A stretch of DNA of 32,000 bases, from contig NC_007681.1 of assembly GCF_000012545.1 (NCBI RefSeq), forward strand, positions 420,001 to 452,000, in the 5' to 3' direction. The translations under genes and the position numbers were made by a program. Below are positions 1 through 10,664 of the stretch, piece by piece (position 1 is the first letter of the stretch; the number at the start of each line of letters is the position of its first letter). This DNA is from Methanosphaera stadtmanae DSM 3091 (GTDB taxonomy: Archaea; Methanobacteriota; Methanobacteria; Methanobacteriales; Methanobacteriaceae). The notes below the pieces were generated by a model. That model had not been told where the DNA came from. It did no database searches and saw only the letters and a list, made by a program, of their open reading frames with translations.

Positions 1-548
1 AGACACTGGCCAGAATAACAATAACATAAAGCTCCATGACCAAATACTTCAACGTTCATATCATGATTAAATCTGTGAATATTAGTAGTAATATTTTTAA
101 TTCTATCTATTGGAACTTCTCTTGAGAGATTAACATTACTATAACCATTTTCACATAACCATTTAACAAAAGAATAATCATAGATAGTCATTTGTGTGGA
201 AGCATGTAACTCTAAATTAGGCATCAAATTATTGATGATACATCCAAGACCAATATCCTGAATAATAACAGCATCCACACCATGAGAATATAAATAGAAA
301 ACATAATCAACAACATCAACAATTTCACTCTCACAAATAGATATATTAACAGTAACAAAAACCTTAACATTATATTCATGACAAAAGTTAATAGCCTCCT
401 TTAATTCATCATAATTAAAATTATCAGCAAAATATCTGGCACCATACTTATTTCCAGATAAATACACATAATCAGCACCACTAAATACAGCTGCAGATAA
501 AGTCTTCATAGAACCTACAGGTGCAAGTATTTTACATTCATTATTCAA
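1..548 (-). CDS. Peptidase U32 family protein (collagenase-like). The N-terminal part lies in the window and the C-terminus runs off the left edge.
   Basis: This ORF is absent from the ORF track. My manual reverse-strand translation is open from 548 to the window edge and reads (M)NNECKILAPVGSMKTLSAAVFSGADYVYLSGNKYGARYF...EVFGHGALCYCYSGQC. That matches the U32 signature E-x-F-x2-G-A-L-C-x4-G-x-C. The start is TTG (reverse complement of 546-548), preceded by GGAGG-like GGGAGGAG. Confidence 0.8.
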   Translation of the reverse strand, partial: MNNECKILAPVGSMKTLSAAVFSGADYVYLSGNKYGARYFADNFNYDELKEAINFCHEYNVKVFVTVNISICESEIVDVVDYVFYLYSHGVDAVIIQDIGLGCIINNLMPNLELHASTQMTIYDYSFVKWLCENGYSNVNLSREVPIDRIKNITTNIHRFNHDMNVEVFGHGALCYCYSGQC

Positions 549-665
549 AAATAATCTCCTCCCAAAAAACATCTTTACTTTATTATCTTTTTATTTAATT
601 ATATAAAATAAATTAAGATGAAAAAATAAACATATTGATATAATAAAATTCTTTGGAGAAAATAT

Positions 666-1253
666 ATGTACATAGTATTAGAAGGAATAGATGGAGTAGG
701 AAAAACAACACAAACAGAAAAACTAAAAGAATGGTTAGAAAAACGTGGATTTAGTGTAAAAACAATAGTAGAACCAACAGATTCAGATATAGGTAAAATA
801 ATACGGGAAGAACTATTAAAACCAGAAGCAACATCTGATACAAATCAACAAATGTTAGCACTACTATTTGCAGCCGATAGATTAACTCTAAAAGATGAGA
901 TAAATCAAGTAAAAAATAATCAACAAAAAATATTAATAAGTGACAGATCATTCTACTCCAGTATAACCTACCAAAATTCCACAACAATAGAACCTGAATG
1001 GATTTATAAGATAAACAAACATACACCACGACCAGATTTAACAATAATATTAGATATTGATGAAGATGAAGCTTTAAAACGTTGTGATAAAATAGATACG
1101 TTTGAAAACAAGGAATTTCTTGAAAAAACAAGGGAGAACTATTTAAAATTAGTAAAAACTGAGAAAAATATTGTAAAAATAGATGCAACACCTACAGAAG
1201 ATGTAGTTCAAGATGAAATCCGTAATCAAATCATAAAATATTTAAAATTATGA
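666..1253 (+). CDS. tmk: Thymidylate (dTMP) kinase
   Basis: It has the P-loop EGIDGVGKTT at the N-terminus and a DRS motif (ISDRSFYSS). At 195 aa it has the typical size. Confidence 0.9.
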   Translation: MYIVLEGIDGVGKTTQTEKLKEWLEKRGFSVKTIVEPTDSDIGKIIREELLKPEATSDTNQQMLALLFAADRLTLKDEINQVKNNQQKILISDRSFYSSITYQNSTTIEPEWIYKINKHTPRPDLTIILDIDEDEALKRCDKIDTFENKEFLEKTRENYLKLVKTEKNIVKIDATPTEDVVQDEIRNQIIKYLKL

Positions 1254-1255
1254 TA

Positions 1256-1264
1256 TTTTTTTTT
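1256..1264 (+). terminator. Oligo-T tract (T9) immediately after the tmk stop, followed by a small hairpin
   Basis: A run of nine T begins 2 nt after the TGA at 1251-1253. An AAAGGAG/CTCCTTT inverted repeat at 1277-1295 lies between the convergent genes. Archaeal RNA polymerase terminates at oligo-T. Confidence 0.45.
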
Positions 1265-1293
1265 AATAAAAAGAAAAAAGGAGTAATTCTCCT

Positions 1294-1671
1294 TTACATA
1301 TTTAAACGTTCCTTCATAATATCTACAAGATAATTAATAGCATCGTTTATATCATATAATGTTCCATGGAACTGAGGACCTTCATCTGATTGTTTAAGTT
1401 GAATATTAAATTTATTCACAGTTTCCTTAATTTCACTTACATTTGGTCCAGGAGGAAGTGTAACATCCACAACATGTTTTGCTGCTTCTCTTAAATCCTC
1501 AAGTTCACCTTCAAATAATAGAAGACCTTCCCTTGTTTGTAACATATTTAAATGATACTTTGAAATCATTTCATCAACTTGTCTTGGTTGCATACCAGAC
1601 AATACCCTCATTGTATGTTTAGCACACATAAATAACATCCACCTATTTTTAGTTATTTTCCATATATTCAC
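1294..1671 (-). CDS. Small hypothetical protein of 111-125 aa, last gene of the NMD3-tyrS operon
   Basis: The ORF is intact but I recognise no family. The longest form overlaps the tyrS 3' end by 23 nt. A more likely start is the ATG at 1629 (MCAKHTMRVL...), which has GGTGG 9 nt upstream. Confidence 0.55.
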   Translation of the reverse strand: MNIWKITKNRWMLFMCAKHTMRVLSGMQPRQVDEMISKYHLNMLQTREGLLLFEGELEDLREAAKHVVDVTLPPGPNVSEIKETVNKFNIQLKQSDEGPQFHGTLYDINDAINYLVDIMKERLNM

Positions 1672-2605
1672 GAGCAGGAGCTAATCTTTCAATTAAATAT
1701 TTGCTTACAGTATTTTTCAAGTCCATTGGATGTAAATCTTCATTTTCATATGTTTGAATCAATTCTTCTTCTGTTAATTCAAGATTTCCACCAAATTTTT
1801 CAGGTCTTTCAATTAAAATTTTTTCATGAGTATCAAATATGTAATAATGAGCAATTTCCATAACAGGATTGTCCTCAGAAACACCTATTGGACAGAAACT
1901 TTTATTTATCTTATTTTTAATTTCTTTAGGAGTATCATCTATTGCAATGAAGTTACCTTTACTACTTGACATTTTATCAGATCCATCAGTTCCATGAATC
2001 AATGGTATATGAATACATACAGGAGGACGATATCCTAATCTTGGAAGTATTTCTCTTGCTAACATGTGAATTTTTCTCTGTTCCATTCCACCAACAGCAA
2101 TATCTGCATCTAAATCATGAATATCTAATGCTTGCATAATTGGATAAAGTGTCTGAGCAACATCATGTGTTTCATTTCTTGAAACAAGTGCCATACTACG
2201 TTGTGCTCTTTGAATTGTAGTGAGTTTAGCAGCTTTAAATACTTCTGTAATATATTCTGGTGTCATACGATCTGAACCAAGAATAAAATTAGTATCTTCA
2301 CTTAAACCTAATGCTTTAAAACATTTAATATTGTATTTTGCAACTTCATTTAATTCATCTAATGTACCTTTATTATTAAGATAAGCATGTAGGTTAGCAA
2401 TAAATATGGTGATTTTAAAACCAGCATCTTGTAATGTTTTCATTTTCTTAATTGTTAATGCATGACCTAGATGAACTTTACCTGATGGTTCAAATCCCAC
2501 ATATGCTCTTTTTTCATCTTTTTTTAATAATTCTTTTAATTCTTCAACTTCTATAATTTCTGCTGTGTCTTTTGAAATATTTTCAACAGATGCATCTATA
2601 TCCAT
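1649..2605 (-). CDS. tyrS: Tyrosyl-tRNA synthetase (archaeal type)
   Basis: It carries the class I HIGH-type motif (HLGH in GKVHLGHAL) and the KMSKS-type motif (KMSSS). At 318 aa it fits archaeal TyrRS. Confidence 0.9.
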   Translation of the reverse strand: MDIDASVENISKDTAEIIEVEELKELLKKDEKRAYVGFEPSGKVHLGHALTIKKMKTLQDAGFKITIFIANLHAYLNNKGTLDELNEVAKYNIKCFKALGLSEDTNFILGSDRMTPEYITEVFKAAKLTTIQRAQRSMALVSRNETHDVAQTLYPIMQALDIHDLDADIAVGGMEQRKIHMLAREILPRLGYRPPVCIHIPLIHGTDGSDKMSSSKGNFIAIDDTPKEIKNKINKSFCPIGVSEDNPVMEIAHYYIFDTHEKILIERPEKFGGNLELTEEELIQTYENEDLHPMDLKNTVSKYLIERLAPAREYMENN

Positions 2606-2636
2606 TTATGTTCCTCCAACTCTTAGTAAATATATA

Positions 2637-3677
2637 TTATATTAATATGTATGTTCTATCTTTTATTTTTATAACATTAATTTCTTCACCAATATTGAAT
2701 CTTTCCATTGATTCATGTTTTTTCAAGTCAACTGTATCATAATTATCAGGGTCAAGAACTTGAATATCTGTTGGTGTGATGTTTGTAATTGTGGTTTGTC
2801 TTATATCGTTTGGTGTGGCAATTTTCTTTATTTTATCATATTCTTTCCAACTAATAGATTCATCCTCATATGTGTGAATATTCCTACCAACAAATTTATG
2901 ACTTCCAATCTTTTTAATTTCTAAAATCTTATTATCATATTCAATAAAGTCATTTCTATGAAATGATGGTAATCTAACAGAAAGCCAAGAACGATACAAA
3001 TCCTTACTCTTTGATTTATCATGACCTACAATTTTACGTGACTCTGTTATATGTCCACCAAACTGTTTTTGCATATTTATTGCAATTTTATGAGCTGCAT
3101 TATAAGAGCCTACCTCATAATCAATACCTTCCTTTAGAACTATACGTTCTGTCACATAGGCTAATTTATTAGTCTTAGAAATTCTTTGTATTTCATTTGA
3201 AATGAAAAGATCAGCTTCCTCTATTTCAGATTCTTCTAATTTTCTATCATCAGCACGTAGTTGTATCACTGCCTCATAATATCCAGAATAAAACTTACTA
3301 CAATCAGAACAAACACCCTTTTCAACCTTTACTTCTATTGGGTATTTCTTTTCTATTGGCTCACCTATGATATTTCCAGATACATGTAATATACAATCAT
3401 ATACAGTACCTCTATTATTTGTTATTTGCGTTTCTATCACTGGATTTAGTAGTTTAGGATTTATTTCAATATCTTTTTGTATTGCATCATTAATAATTTC
3501 ATCATCATAGTAACCAGTTTGAACCCATTTATCATGTTTTAATGTGGCACCACAATGTGAACATACTGTGAATGTTGCATATTCTGGAACTTCTACGAGT
3601 TCAAATTCCTTAAGAAAACATTCTTTACATAATCCATCATATAATTTTTCTTCACTATTACAAAGTAAACAAAACAT
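2637..3677 (-). CDS. NMD3 family protein (archaeal homologue of the 60S export adaptor)
   Basis: The N-terminus has paired CxxC clusters (CLLC...CKEC, CSHC, CSDC). The 346-aa length and overall layout are typical of archaeal NMD3. Confidence 0.75.
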   Translation of the reverse strand: MFCLLCNSEEKLYDGLCKECFLKEFELVEVPEYATFTVCSHCGATLKHDKWVQTGYYDDEIINDAIQKDIEINPKLLNPVIETQITNNRGTVYDCILHVSGNIIGEPIEKKYPIEVKVEKGVCSDCSKFYSGYYEAVIQLRADDRKLEESEIEEADLFISNEIQRISKTNKLAYVTERIVLKEGIDYEVGSYNAAHKIAINMQKQFGGHITESRKIVGHDKSKSKDLYRSWLSVRLPSFHRNDFIEYDNKILEIKKIGSHKFVGRNIHTYEDESISWKEYDKIKKIATPNDIRQTTITNITPTDIQVLDPDNYDTVDLKKHESMERFNIGEEINVIKIKDRTYILI

Positions 3678-3788
3678 GTAATCACTCTAAATTTATTTAT
3701 TTCTACTGAAAAAATTTTCTTCAAATAAAAAAAAAGTTCTATATTGAGGAGATAAATCTAAAAAAAGGATTATAATAGAATAATACTA

Positions 3789-4217
3789 TTATAATGATTT
3801 TAATGGTGCTCTTGCTCCACAAGCACTACATTTTAACATGTCAATACGATCTTCACGTATAATAACAGTATCTGGTCTGTTACATTCATGACACATTACA
3901 AAGTTATCCACATATTCTTTTACACGGTCATTTATTACATAATGTGTGAATTTACCTTGAAGTATAGCTCTATTTCCTTCAACATTTCCAGAAGTACCTA
4001 ATTCTCTTAGTAAATATTTAAGTACGTGTTGTGGATCTCTGTTTAATGTTCTTGAAACATCACCAAAGTTTTTAATAATTGTACGATTTCCCTGAATAAC
4101 AGAGTATCCTTTAGGTACTTTAAATCTTTTTGCTTCAAATATTTTATCTGGTAACTGTTCATATGCTTGATCTAGTAATTTTTCATATTCTTTAAATTCT
4201 GCATTTTCTTTTGCCAT
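3789..4217 (-). CDS. eif2b: Translation initiation factor aIF-2 beta subunit
   Basis: It is 142 aa with a conserved core ([19 protein letters not shown]) and a C-terminal zinc ribbon (CHECNRPDT...CSACG). Confidence 0.9.
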   Translation of the reverse strand: MAKENAEFKEYEKLLDQAYEQLPDKIFEAKRFKVPKGYSVIQGNRTIIKNFGDVSRTLNRDPQHVLKYLLRELGTSGNVEGNRAILQGKFTHYVINDRVKEYVDNFVMCHECNRPDTVIIREDRIDMLKCSACGARAPLKSL

Positions 4218-4364
4218 TATATGTCCTCTTCTTTAATTTTTTTTAAAATGAAATTATAATATTGATTAAATAAAACTCAGATTATATTATACATATCCTT
4301 AAGATATGGTATTATTTTTTTATTAGTATAATATAATTATATAAATACGTATTATTTAATTTTG

Positions 4365-6377
4365 TTATGCTACTTTATAATGGTCTGATGTTGGCTCATA
4401 AATAACACCCTTACTTTTGAGCATATTAATTACCTCATCAACCTTCTCTTCACCAACATTGTATTTATCTGCAAGTTCAGCATAAACAATATTTTTAGGA
4501 GCACTTCCCTCATATTCATCAGATAATTCCTTAATAACATCAATAATAATATTTATCTTATCTCTCTCAGATTTTGATGTTCTTCCTTCAACCTTATCAA
4601 TATCTACTTTTCCAGTATCAGGATCATATCCCACTTGTTTCATACAATCTTCTTGTAATTTTATTGCACGTTGAGCATCTTCTTTTAATACTTCATTACT
4701 TAATCTAATACGTGCACTAGCTTCTGCTAAACGTACAAGAGCTTCTAATTGACGAGCAGTAATTGGTACTGGGGATTCCTCATCAATTGCACCACTACGC
4801 ATAGTTACATAGAAGTCTTGCAATACTTCTGCAGCTTCTTTTGTTAATGTAGGTTGTACACTTTTACGTGCATATGCAATATATTTTCTCATAAGTTCTG
4901 GTTCAATAACATAGGGGATTGTACTGTCCTGATGGATTTTTAATATATGGCCTGCAAGGTCATGGTCACGTTCAGCATTTGGTTTATCTTCAATAATGAA
5001 TATTAAATCAAAACGTGAAAGAATTGGTGAAGGTAGATCTATTTGTTCAGCAATAGATTTGTATCTGTCAAATCTACCAAATTTTGGGTTTGCAGCAGCA
5101 AGTACACTACAACGACTGTTAAGTGTTGCCATAATTCCTGCTTTTGCAATGGATATTGTTTGCTGTTCAAGAGCCTCGTGTATTGCAGATCTATCTTCTT
5201 CTCTCATTTTATCAAGTTCGTCTACACATACATTACCCTTATCACCAAGTACAAGTGCACCTGCTTCTAAACTCCAACCTCCAAGATCATCACGTACAGC
5301 TGCAGCAGTAAGTCCAACACCACTGGTACCTTTACCACTCGTATATATTCCACGAGGTGCTAATTTTGAAACATATTTTAATATCTGAGATTTACCAATA
5401 CCAGGATCTCCTACTATTAGAATATGCATATCTCCCCTAATATGGGTTTTATCTTCAAGAACCTTTGCAGTTCCCCCAAATAATTGGAATGCAATAGCTT
5501 CCTTAACTTCAAAATAGCCTCTAATAGAAGGTGCTGTTGATTCAATGATTTTCTGATAGATATCAGGAGACTTTGCAAGTTCAATAATCTTTTCTTCATC
5601 TTCTTCATCAATATGTAACTCTTCAAATTCCTGTTCAAGAGGTTCAATATAATTTCCATAGATAAAATTATTAAATCTTTTAGTTCTTTCATCACGTTGA
5701 GTTTTAAGAGTACCTGTAATTCTAACTTTATCTCCTGGAGCTAATGTATCAACAAGATCATCTTCTAGTATTATGTTAATCTGTCTTGGCTGATCTCCTC
5801 CTGAAAGATTTTCAAGAGGTTCTTGTAACTTAACAGTTTGTGTATCCATATATCTAGATTCATCTTGAACTAATCTAAATGATCTTCCACCACATTCCTG
5901 ACATACTGCTGGTTCATGTATGATATTTGATTTCTGTTCTACTTCATGCATTCTCATACAACTTCTACATTCAAAAACAGCACTCATTATTCTTGGATGA
6001 ATTTCATCAGTTTTACGAACAATTCCATCTACTGCTATGAATTTACCAATAAATTCACTACGTAAAAATCTTAATGGAATGTTGTTTCTCACATTTTTAA
6101 ATCTAACATTTAATTTTGCATTTTTTCGTTGTGGATCTATATTTACTATTGATTTTGTTGCAGCTTCAAGTGTTTCATCTGGTTTTTCAATTAATAAATC
6201 TGCAGAATCAGGGTCAAACATTTCTAATTCATTATAATCTACTACAACAGATTTTTCCTCTGGAAACATATCAAGTACAGCAAATACTTCGTCCTTACAA
6301 CGAGTACTAAAAAATTCTTCAAGTTTTAATGTTGAGGATGGTGTTAAATTTTTTCGATTTTCGCTTCTCGTTGTCAT
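4365..6377 (-). CDS. mcm: MCM replicative helicase
   Basis: It has a C4 zinc finger (CRSC...CQEC), Walker [10 protein letters not shown], Walker B CVDELDKM and the arginine finger SRFDL. The 670-aa protein has a C-terminal winged-helix tail and no intein. Confidence 0.95.
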   Translation of the reverse strand: MTTRSENRKNLTPSSTLKLEEFFSTRCKDEVFAVLDMFPEEKSVVVDYNELEMFDPDSADLLIEKPDETLEAATKSIVNIDPQRKNAKLNVRFKNVRNNIPLRFLRSEFIGKFIAVDGIVRKTDEIHPRIMSAVFECRSCMRMHEVEQKSNIIHEPAVCQECGGRSFRLVQDESRYMDTQTVKLQEPLENLSGGDQPRQINIILEDDLVDTLAPGDKVRITGTLKTQRDERTKRFNNFIYGNYIEPLEQEFEELHIDEEDEEKIIELAKSPDIYQKIIESTAPSIRGYFEVKEAIAFQLFGGTAKVLEDKTHIRGDMHILIVGDPGIGKSQILKYVSKLAPRGIYTSGKGTSGVGLTAAAVRDDLGGWSLEAGALVLGDKGNVCVDELDKMREEDRSAIHEALEQQTISIAKAGIMATLNSRCSVLAAANPKFGRFDRYKSIAEQIDLPSPILSRFDLIFIIEDKPNAERDHDLAGHILKIHQDSTIPYVIEPELMRKYIAYARKSVQPTLTKEAAEVLQDFYVTMRSGAIDEESPVPITARQLEALVRLAEASARIRLSNEVLKEDAQRAIKLQEDCMKQVGYDPDTGKVDIDKVEGRTSKSERDKINIIIDVIKELSDEYEGSAPKNIVYAELADKYNVGEEKVDEVINMLKSKGVIYEPTSDHYKVA

Positions 6378-6540
6378 ATGATATTAGTTTATTTGTGTTA
6401 TTATTTTTATATTTAATAGTGGTGTTTTTTATAAGACAACTTTTTTTTACATAATAATTATTAATACTTTTAATAATAAAAAAATATACTAGAGATAAAA
6501 TAACTAAGAATAATATATTATTAGATTAGAGAGGTTTTTT

Positions 6541-6975
6541 ATGAAAAAATCAAGGTTAAGACTTTTTAAAACAACTTCTTTAACAATTTCTTTAATTGGT
6601 ATAATTTTAATTTTATTAACTATTGGTGTAGTTGGATATATCATAGTGACAGATGTAACAAATTCTGTTTCCACAACTGTAAATAGTGGTTCTGCATATG
6701 ATAATTTAACTCAGTTAAAATCAGATTATAATAATTTATCACAGAAATATTCGGCTTTAAATGAACAGTTAGGAACTCATGCTGAAAATAATGTTAAAAC
6801 TAATTATAATGAAGGTAAATTGAAATTATCTGAATTAAATGAAACTATTAATTCAATAGAAAGTGATATTAATAAAGGTGCTTCTGATAAAATAATCAGT
6901 AGTGAAATTAATCAAGCAAAAGAAGATATAAAAGAAGCTGAAGAAGTGTATAATAATATAACTGCATCTAAGTAG
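6541..6975 (+). CDS. Hypothetical membrane-anchored protein with an extracellular coiled-coil-like region
   Basis: An N-terminal basic stretch is followed by one TM helix (LTISLIGIILILLTIGVVGYIIV). The rest is an N/S/E/K-rich helical region with NxS/T sequons. GAGAGG lies upstream of the ATG. Confidence 0.55.
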   Translation: MKKSRLRLFKTTSLTISLIGIILILLTIGVVGYIIVTDVTNSVSTTVNSGSAYDNLTQLKSDYNNLSQKYSALNEQLGTHAENNVKTNYNEGKLKLSELNETINSIESDINKGASDKIISSEINQAKEDIKEAEEVYNNITASK

Positions 6976-7006
6976 TTGTGCTTCTTCAAATTATTTTTTT
7001 TATTAA

Positions 7007-7627
7007 CTATTTTTTACTACCTCTAAATCCACGTGCAATAACATACATTTCAGCACTACGTTTACGTGAAGAGTTAGGCTTTGTTGTTTTTACATTTCTA
7101 AATTTTTTCTTTAGATTCTTAATTATTTCTTGATATGCTTCTCCTTGAAAAGCTTTCATAATAAGATTTCCATTATTTTTTAGAATATTATCTATAATTT
7201 CAATTACAGCCATTGAAAGATCGTATGCTCTAAAATTATCAATATCTTTAATTCCTGTAAGTTTTGGTGCAGCATCAGATAATACTACATCTGCTTTTCC
7301 ATCAATTAATTCAATAATAATATCCTGTGTTTCTTTTGTAGTAAAATCTCCTTTAACTCCAGTGTATGCTTCATGATCAATTGGCTTAATATATTCAAGA
7401 TCAACACTAATAATCTGTCCTTTTCCTTCTTCACCAATAGTTTCAGCAACAACTTGGCTCCATCCACCAGGTGCTGCTCCTAAATCAACTACATTATAAT
7501 CTGGTTTTAGTAAACTGTATTTCTTATCTAATTGTTTTAATTTATATGATGCACGTGAACGATAATTTTGTTTTTTAGCTAATTTATAATAATGTTCTTT
7601 ATCATGTTTTGCTTTCCATCTGCTCAT
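7007..7627 (-). CDS. rlmE: 23S rRNA 2'-O-ribose methyltransferase, RlmE/FtsJ family
   Basis: It contains RSRASYKL and the SAM-binding motif DLGAAPGGWSQV, along with the K-D-K-E family layout. Length is 206 aa. Confidence 0.85.
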   Translation of the reverse strand: MSRWKAKHDKEHYYKLAKKQNYRSRASYKLKQLDKKYSLLKPDYNVVDLGAAPGGWSQVVAETIGEEGKGQIISVDLEYIKPIDHEAYTGVKGDFTTKETQDIIIELIDGKADVVLSDAAPKLTGIKDIDNFRAYDLSMAVIEIIDNILKNNGNLIMKAFQGEAYQEIIKNLKKKFRNVKTTKPNSSRKRSAEMYVIARGFRGSKK

Positions 7628-7632
7628 ATTAA

Positions 7633-8154
7633 TTACCTCCTAAATTGTGAAAAATCTAATGCTTTACATGTTGGTTGTCCTACCTTGATTATTTGAGCAT
7701 CTACATTTGAATCTTTTATTTCAAGTAACATGACTGTAGGATCACTAAGGCGTGGTTGTGTTGGACTTCCAGGATTTAGAAGTAGTATATCATCTATTTG
7801 TTTAATTAATGCTTGATGTGTATGTCCACTAATTAAAATATCCACATTTAATTCTTTAGCTTTGTAATATAGTTGTTGTTCATCACCTTTAGGATATACC
7901 ACTCCATGTGTTAGGCCTATTGTTAGGTTATCAATGGATAATATTTCGTATTCATTTAATCCAATATTACCATCACAATTTCCACATACTGCAGTTACTG
8001 GTGCAATTTCTTCAAGTTTCCTAATAACATCAGGTGTTTCAACATCTCCTGCATGTAATATTAAATCAACACCTTTAAATACTTCAAAAACCTTTTCTGG
8101 AATTTCATATGAACGTGATGGTATATGTGTATCTGATATAACGCCTATTAACAT
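7633..8154 (-). CDS. Metallophosphoesterase, YfcE/MJ0936 family
   Basis: The calcineurin-like motifs appear in order: SDTH, HAGD, GNCD, SGHTH. Its stop lies 5 nt upstream of the rlmE start, so the two are probably co-transcribed. Confidence 0.8.
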   Translation of the reverse strand: MLIGVISDTHIPSRSYEIPEKVFEVFKGVDLILHAGDVETPDVIRKLEEIAPVTAVCGNCDGNIGLNEYEILSIDNLTIGLTHGVVYPKGDEQQLYYKAKELNVDILISGHTHQALIKQIDDILLLNPGSPTQPRLSDPTVMLLEIKDSNVDAQIIKVGQPTCKALDFSQFRR

Positions 8155-8435
8155 AAAAACATAAACTCCATATTCTTTAATTATACTCTTTTTAAAATAA
8201 AATCTATTAATTAATAGTTATATTATTCTTTAATAATTTACTTATTCCATGTTTACAATTACTTTCCATTGAAAAAAATATTAATATTTATATAACCTAT
8301 TCAAATATCATTTTATATAATAATTTATTTGGAAAAAATCTATACTATTTCTATTTGAATAAATTTTTTCTTGAAATAAAAGTGTTAAATATAATCTTTC
8401 ATTATTATTAATTAAATAAAAAAAGGAGATAGAAT

Positions 8436-10604
8436 ATGAGTGAATTAATTATTTGTGAAAAACCTAAAGTGGCTGAAAAAGTAGCTAAAGCTTTATCTGA
8501 TTCACCAGTAAAAAATTCATATAAAAGAGTACCATATTATGAGTTTACAAATGGAAATGGAACAAAAATTACAGTATTATCTGCAGTGGGTCATTTATTT
8601 TCATTAAAAGCAAAAAATAAAAAGGATAAACGTTTATTTGATGTTGAATGGGTACCTTTAAGTGAAACTGATAAATCAAAAAAATATGTTAAAAATTATA
8701 TAGATACTATAAAGAAATTCTCAAAAGATGCAGATAGATTCATACATGCATGTGATTATGATACAGAAGGAACATTAATAGGATTTAATGCTCTAAGATA
8801 TATCTGTGGAGAAGATAGTATTGATAAATCATTTAGAATGAAATTTTCAGCTTTAACAAAAAAAGACTTAATAGAATCATATTCAAATGCATATCCATTA
8901 AAAGAAGATAAATCATGGGTAGATAGTGGAGAAACACGTCATGTTCTTGATTTCTTATTTGGAGTAAATATCTCAAAATCAATGACAGACTCTGTGTTGA
9001 ATGTAACAAATAGATATGTTCAATTATCTGCTGGACGTGTACAAACACCAACACTTGCAATACTAACAGAACGTGAAAAGGAAATACAAAAGTTCATACC
9101 AGAACCTTACTGGCTAATAAAAGCAAAACTTCAAAAATCAATAGTAGCAGATCATAAGAAGGGTAAAATCTTTGATAAAAAGGAAGTAGATGCAATTCTT
9201 AAAAATTGTAAAGGAAAGGATGCTACAGTAGAAAAAATAACCAATAGAAAAACTAAAAAAGATTTACCAGTACCATTTGAATTAGGAACATTACAATCAG
9301 AAGCATATGCACAATTTGGTTTTACTCCACGTAAAACACAACAAATAGCACAAAATCTCTATGTTGAGGGATACACATCCTATCCAAGAACATCATCACA
9401 GAAACTTCCAGAATCCTTAGGACTACCAAATATACTTAGTCAACTATCTAAACATCCAAAATATAAGGATAAGATAAGTCAACTAGAACAACCATACAAA
9501 CCACATGAAGGTAAAAAAACTGATGAGGCACATCCTGCAATACATCCAACAGGAACATTACCTAAGGACATATCTGAGGATTATCAGAAGATTTATGATC
9601 TTATAACATATAGATTTATCAGTATATTTGGTAAACCTGCAGAAATGGAATCTATAAAAGTAGAATTAGATATTGGTGGAGAACCATTCTCATTTTCAAG
9701 ACAAAGAATTTCTAAGGAAGGATGGTTAAGTTTAGATCCATATCAGTATAAAAAAGTTAAAAATGAGGAATTCCCAGAGATAAAAGAGGGTCAAACAACT
9801 AAAGCTAAAGTAGCTAGTGAAGAAAAAGAAACAAAACCACCTGCAAGATATAATCAAGCATCAATTATAAGGGAACTTGAAAAAAGAGGTTTAGGAACAA
9901 AATCCACAAGGGCAAACATAGTTTCAATATTATATACTAGAAAATATGTTGAAGGTAAAAAAATAGAAGTTAGTCAACTTGGTCAACAAATAATAAATAC
10001 TCTAGAAAAATATTCTGAAAGAATTACTAGTGAACAAATGACTCGTGAATTTGAAACTGACATATCTAATATTAAGGAAAATGAAATTACAGAAGCAACT
10101 GTGATTGAAGATGCTAAAAAAGAGTTAAATGGAATTCTTGATTCTATTGATGATAATATTGAAGATATTGGTAAGGAATTATATGGTGCATATGAACAAA
10201 GTCGTGTAGTTGGAAAATGTGGTTGTGGTGGTAACTTAATAATAATTTCATCACCACGTGGTGGAAAATTCGTTGGATGTTCTAATTATCCAGATTGTAA
10301 GAAAACATATTCATTACCAGCAGGTGCTAATGTTCTTAAAACTACATGTGAAAAATGTGGACTACCACTAATTTCATATGGAAAACCTAGACAAAGAGCA
10401 TGTCTAGATTTTGAATGTGCAAATGGTGGACAAAAATCAACAAATGATGTTGTTGGTGAATGTCCTGATTGTGGTAAAGATCTAATAAAAAGAATGGGTA
10501 GATTTGGTGAATTTATAGGATGTACTGGTTTTCCTAAGTGTAGATTCACATCATCCATCGATGACTTTGAGAAATCTAAGAAAGAATCAGAGAAGAAAGA
10601 TTAA
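8436..10604 (+). CDS. topA: DNA topoisomerase, type IA (archaeal TopA)
   Basis: It has an N-terminal Toprim domain (LIICEKP...DYDTEG) and the active-site Tyr context [10 protein letters not shown]. Three C-terminal zinc ribbons follow (CGCGG...CSNYPDC, CEKCG...C, CPDCG...CTGFPKC). Confidence 0.9.
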   Translation: MSELIICEKPKVAEKVAKALSDSPVKNSYKRVPYYEFTNGNGTKITVLSAVGHLFSLKAKNKKDKRLFDVEWVPLSETDKSKKYVKNYIDTIKKFSKDADRFIHACDYDTEGTLIGFNALRYICGEDSIDKSFRMKFSALTKKDLIESYSNAYPLKEDKSWVDSGETRHVLDFLFGVNISKSMTDSVLNVTNRYVQLSAGRVQTPTLAILTEREKEIQKFIPEPYWLIKAKLQKSIVADHKKGKIFDKKEVDAILKNCKGKDATVEKITNRKTKKDLPVPFELGTLQSEAYAQFGFTPRKTQQIAQNLYVEGYTSYPRTSSQKLPESLGLPNILSQLSKHPKYKDKISQLEQPYKPHEGKKTDEAHPAIHPTGTLPKDISEDYQKIYDLITYRFISIFGKPAEMESIKVELDIGGEPFSFSRQRISKEGWLSLDPYQYKKVKNEEFPEIKEGQTTKAKVASEEKETKPPARYNQASIIRELEKRGLGTKSTRANIVSILYTRKYVEGKKIEVSQLGQQIINTLEKYSERITSEQMTREFETDISNIKENEITEATVIEDAKKELNGILDSIDDNIEDIGKELYGAYEQSRVVGKCGCGGNLIIISSPRGGKFVGCSNYPDCKKTYSLPAGANVLKTTCEKCGLPLISYGKPRQRACLDFECANGGQKSTNDVVGECPDCGKDLIKRMGRFGEFIGCTGFPKCRFTSSIDDFEKSKKESEKKD

Positions 10605-10655
10605 TATAAGAATATAATACTTAGAATGAATAAATTTTCTAGGTATTAACACTCC

Positions 10656-10664
10656 TTTTTTTTT
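10656..10664 (+). terminator. Oligo-T tract (T9) downstream of topA
   Basis: A run of nine T lies about 50 nt after the topA stop and overlaps the stop codon of the convergent helicase gene. Confidence 0.35.

Noticed and set aside
1630-1671. The N-terminal extension of the small ORF (MNIWKITKNRWMLF) that overlaps tyrS
   Set aside because: The extension overlaps the tyrS 3' end and has no SD. The internal ATG at 1629 has a GGTGG at the proper spacing, so the longer form is probably an artefact of taking the longest ORF.
5417-5695. A 92-aa minus-strand ORF in an alternative frame within mcm
   Set aside because: It is embedded in the MCM coding region, where the main frame carries continuous conserved motifs. 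The alternative-frame product is a K/L-rich low-complexity sequence.
4365-6377. A possible intein or frameshift in mcm, which is common in archaeal replication genes
   Set aside because: The ORF is a single uninterrupted 670-aa frame. The zinc finger, Walker A, Walker B and arginine-finger motifs are normally spaced, with no extra Hint- or endonuclease-like insertion.
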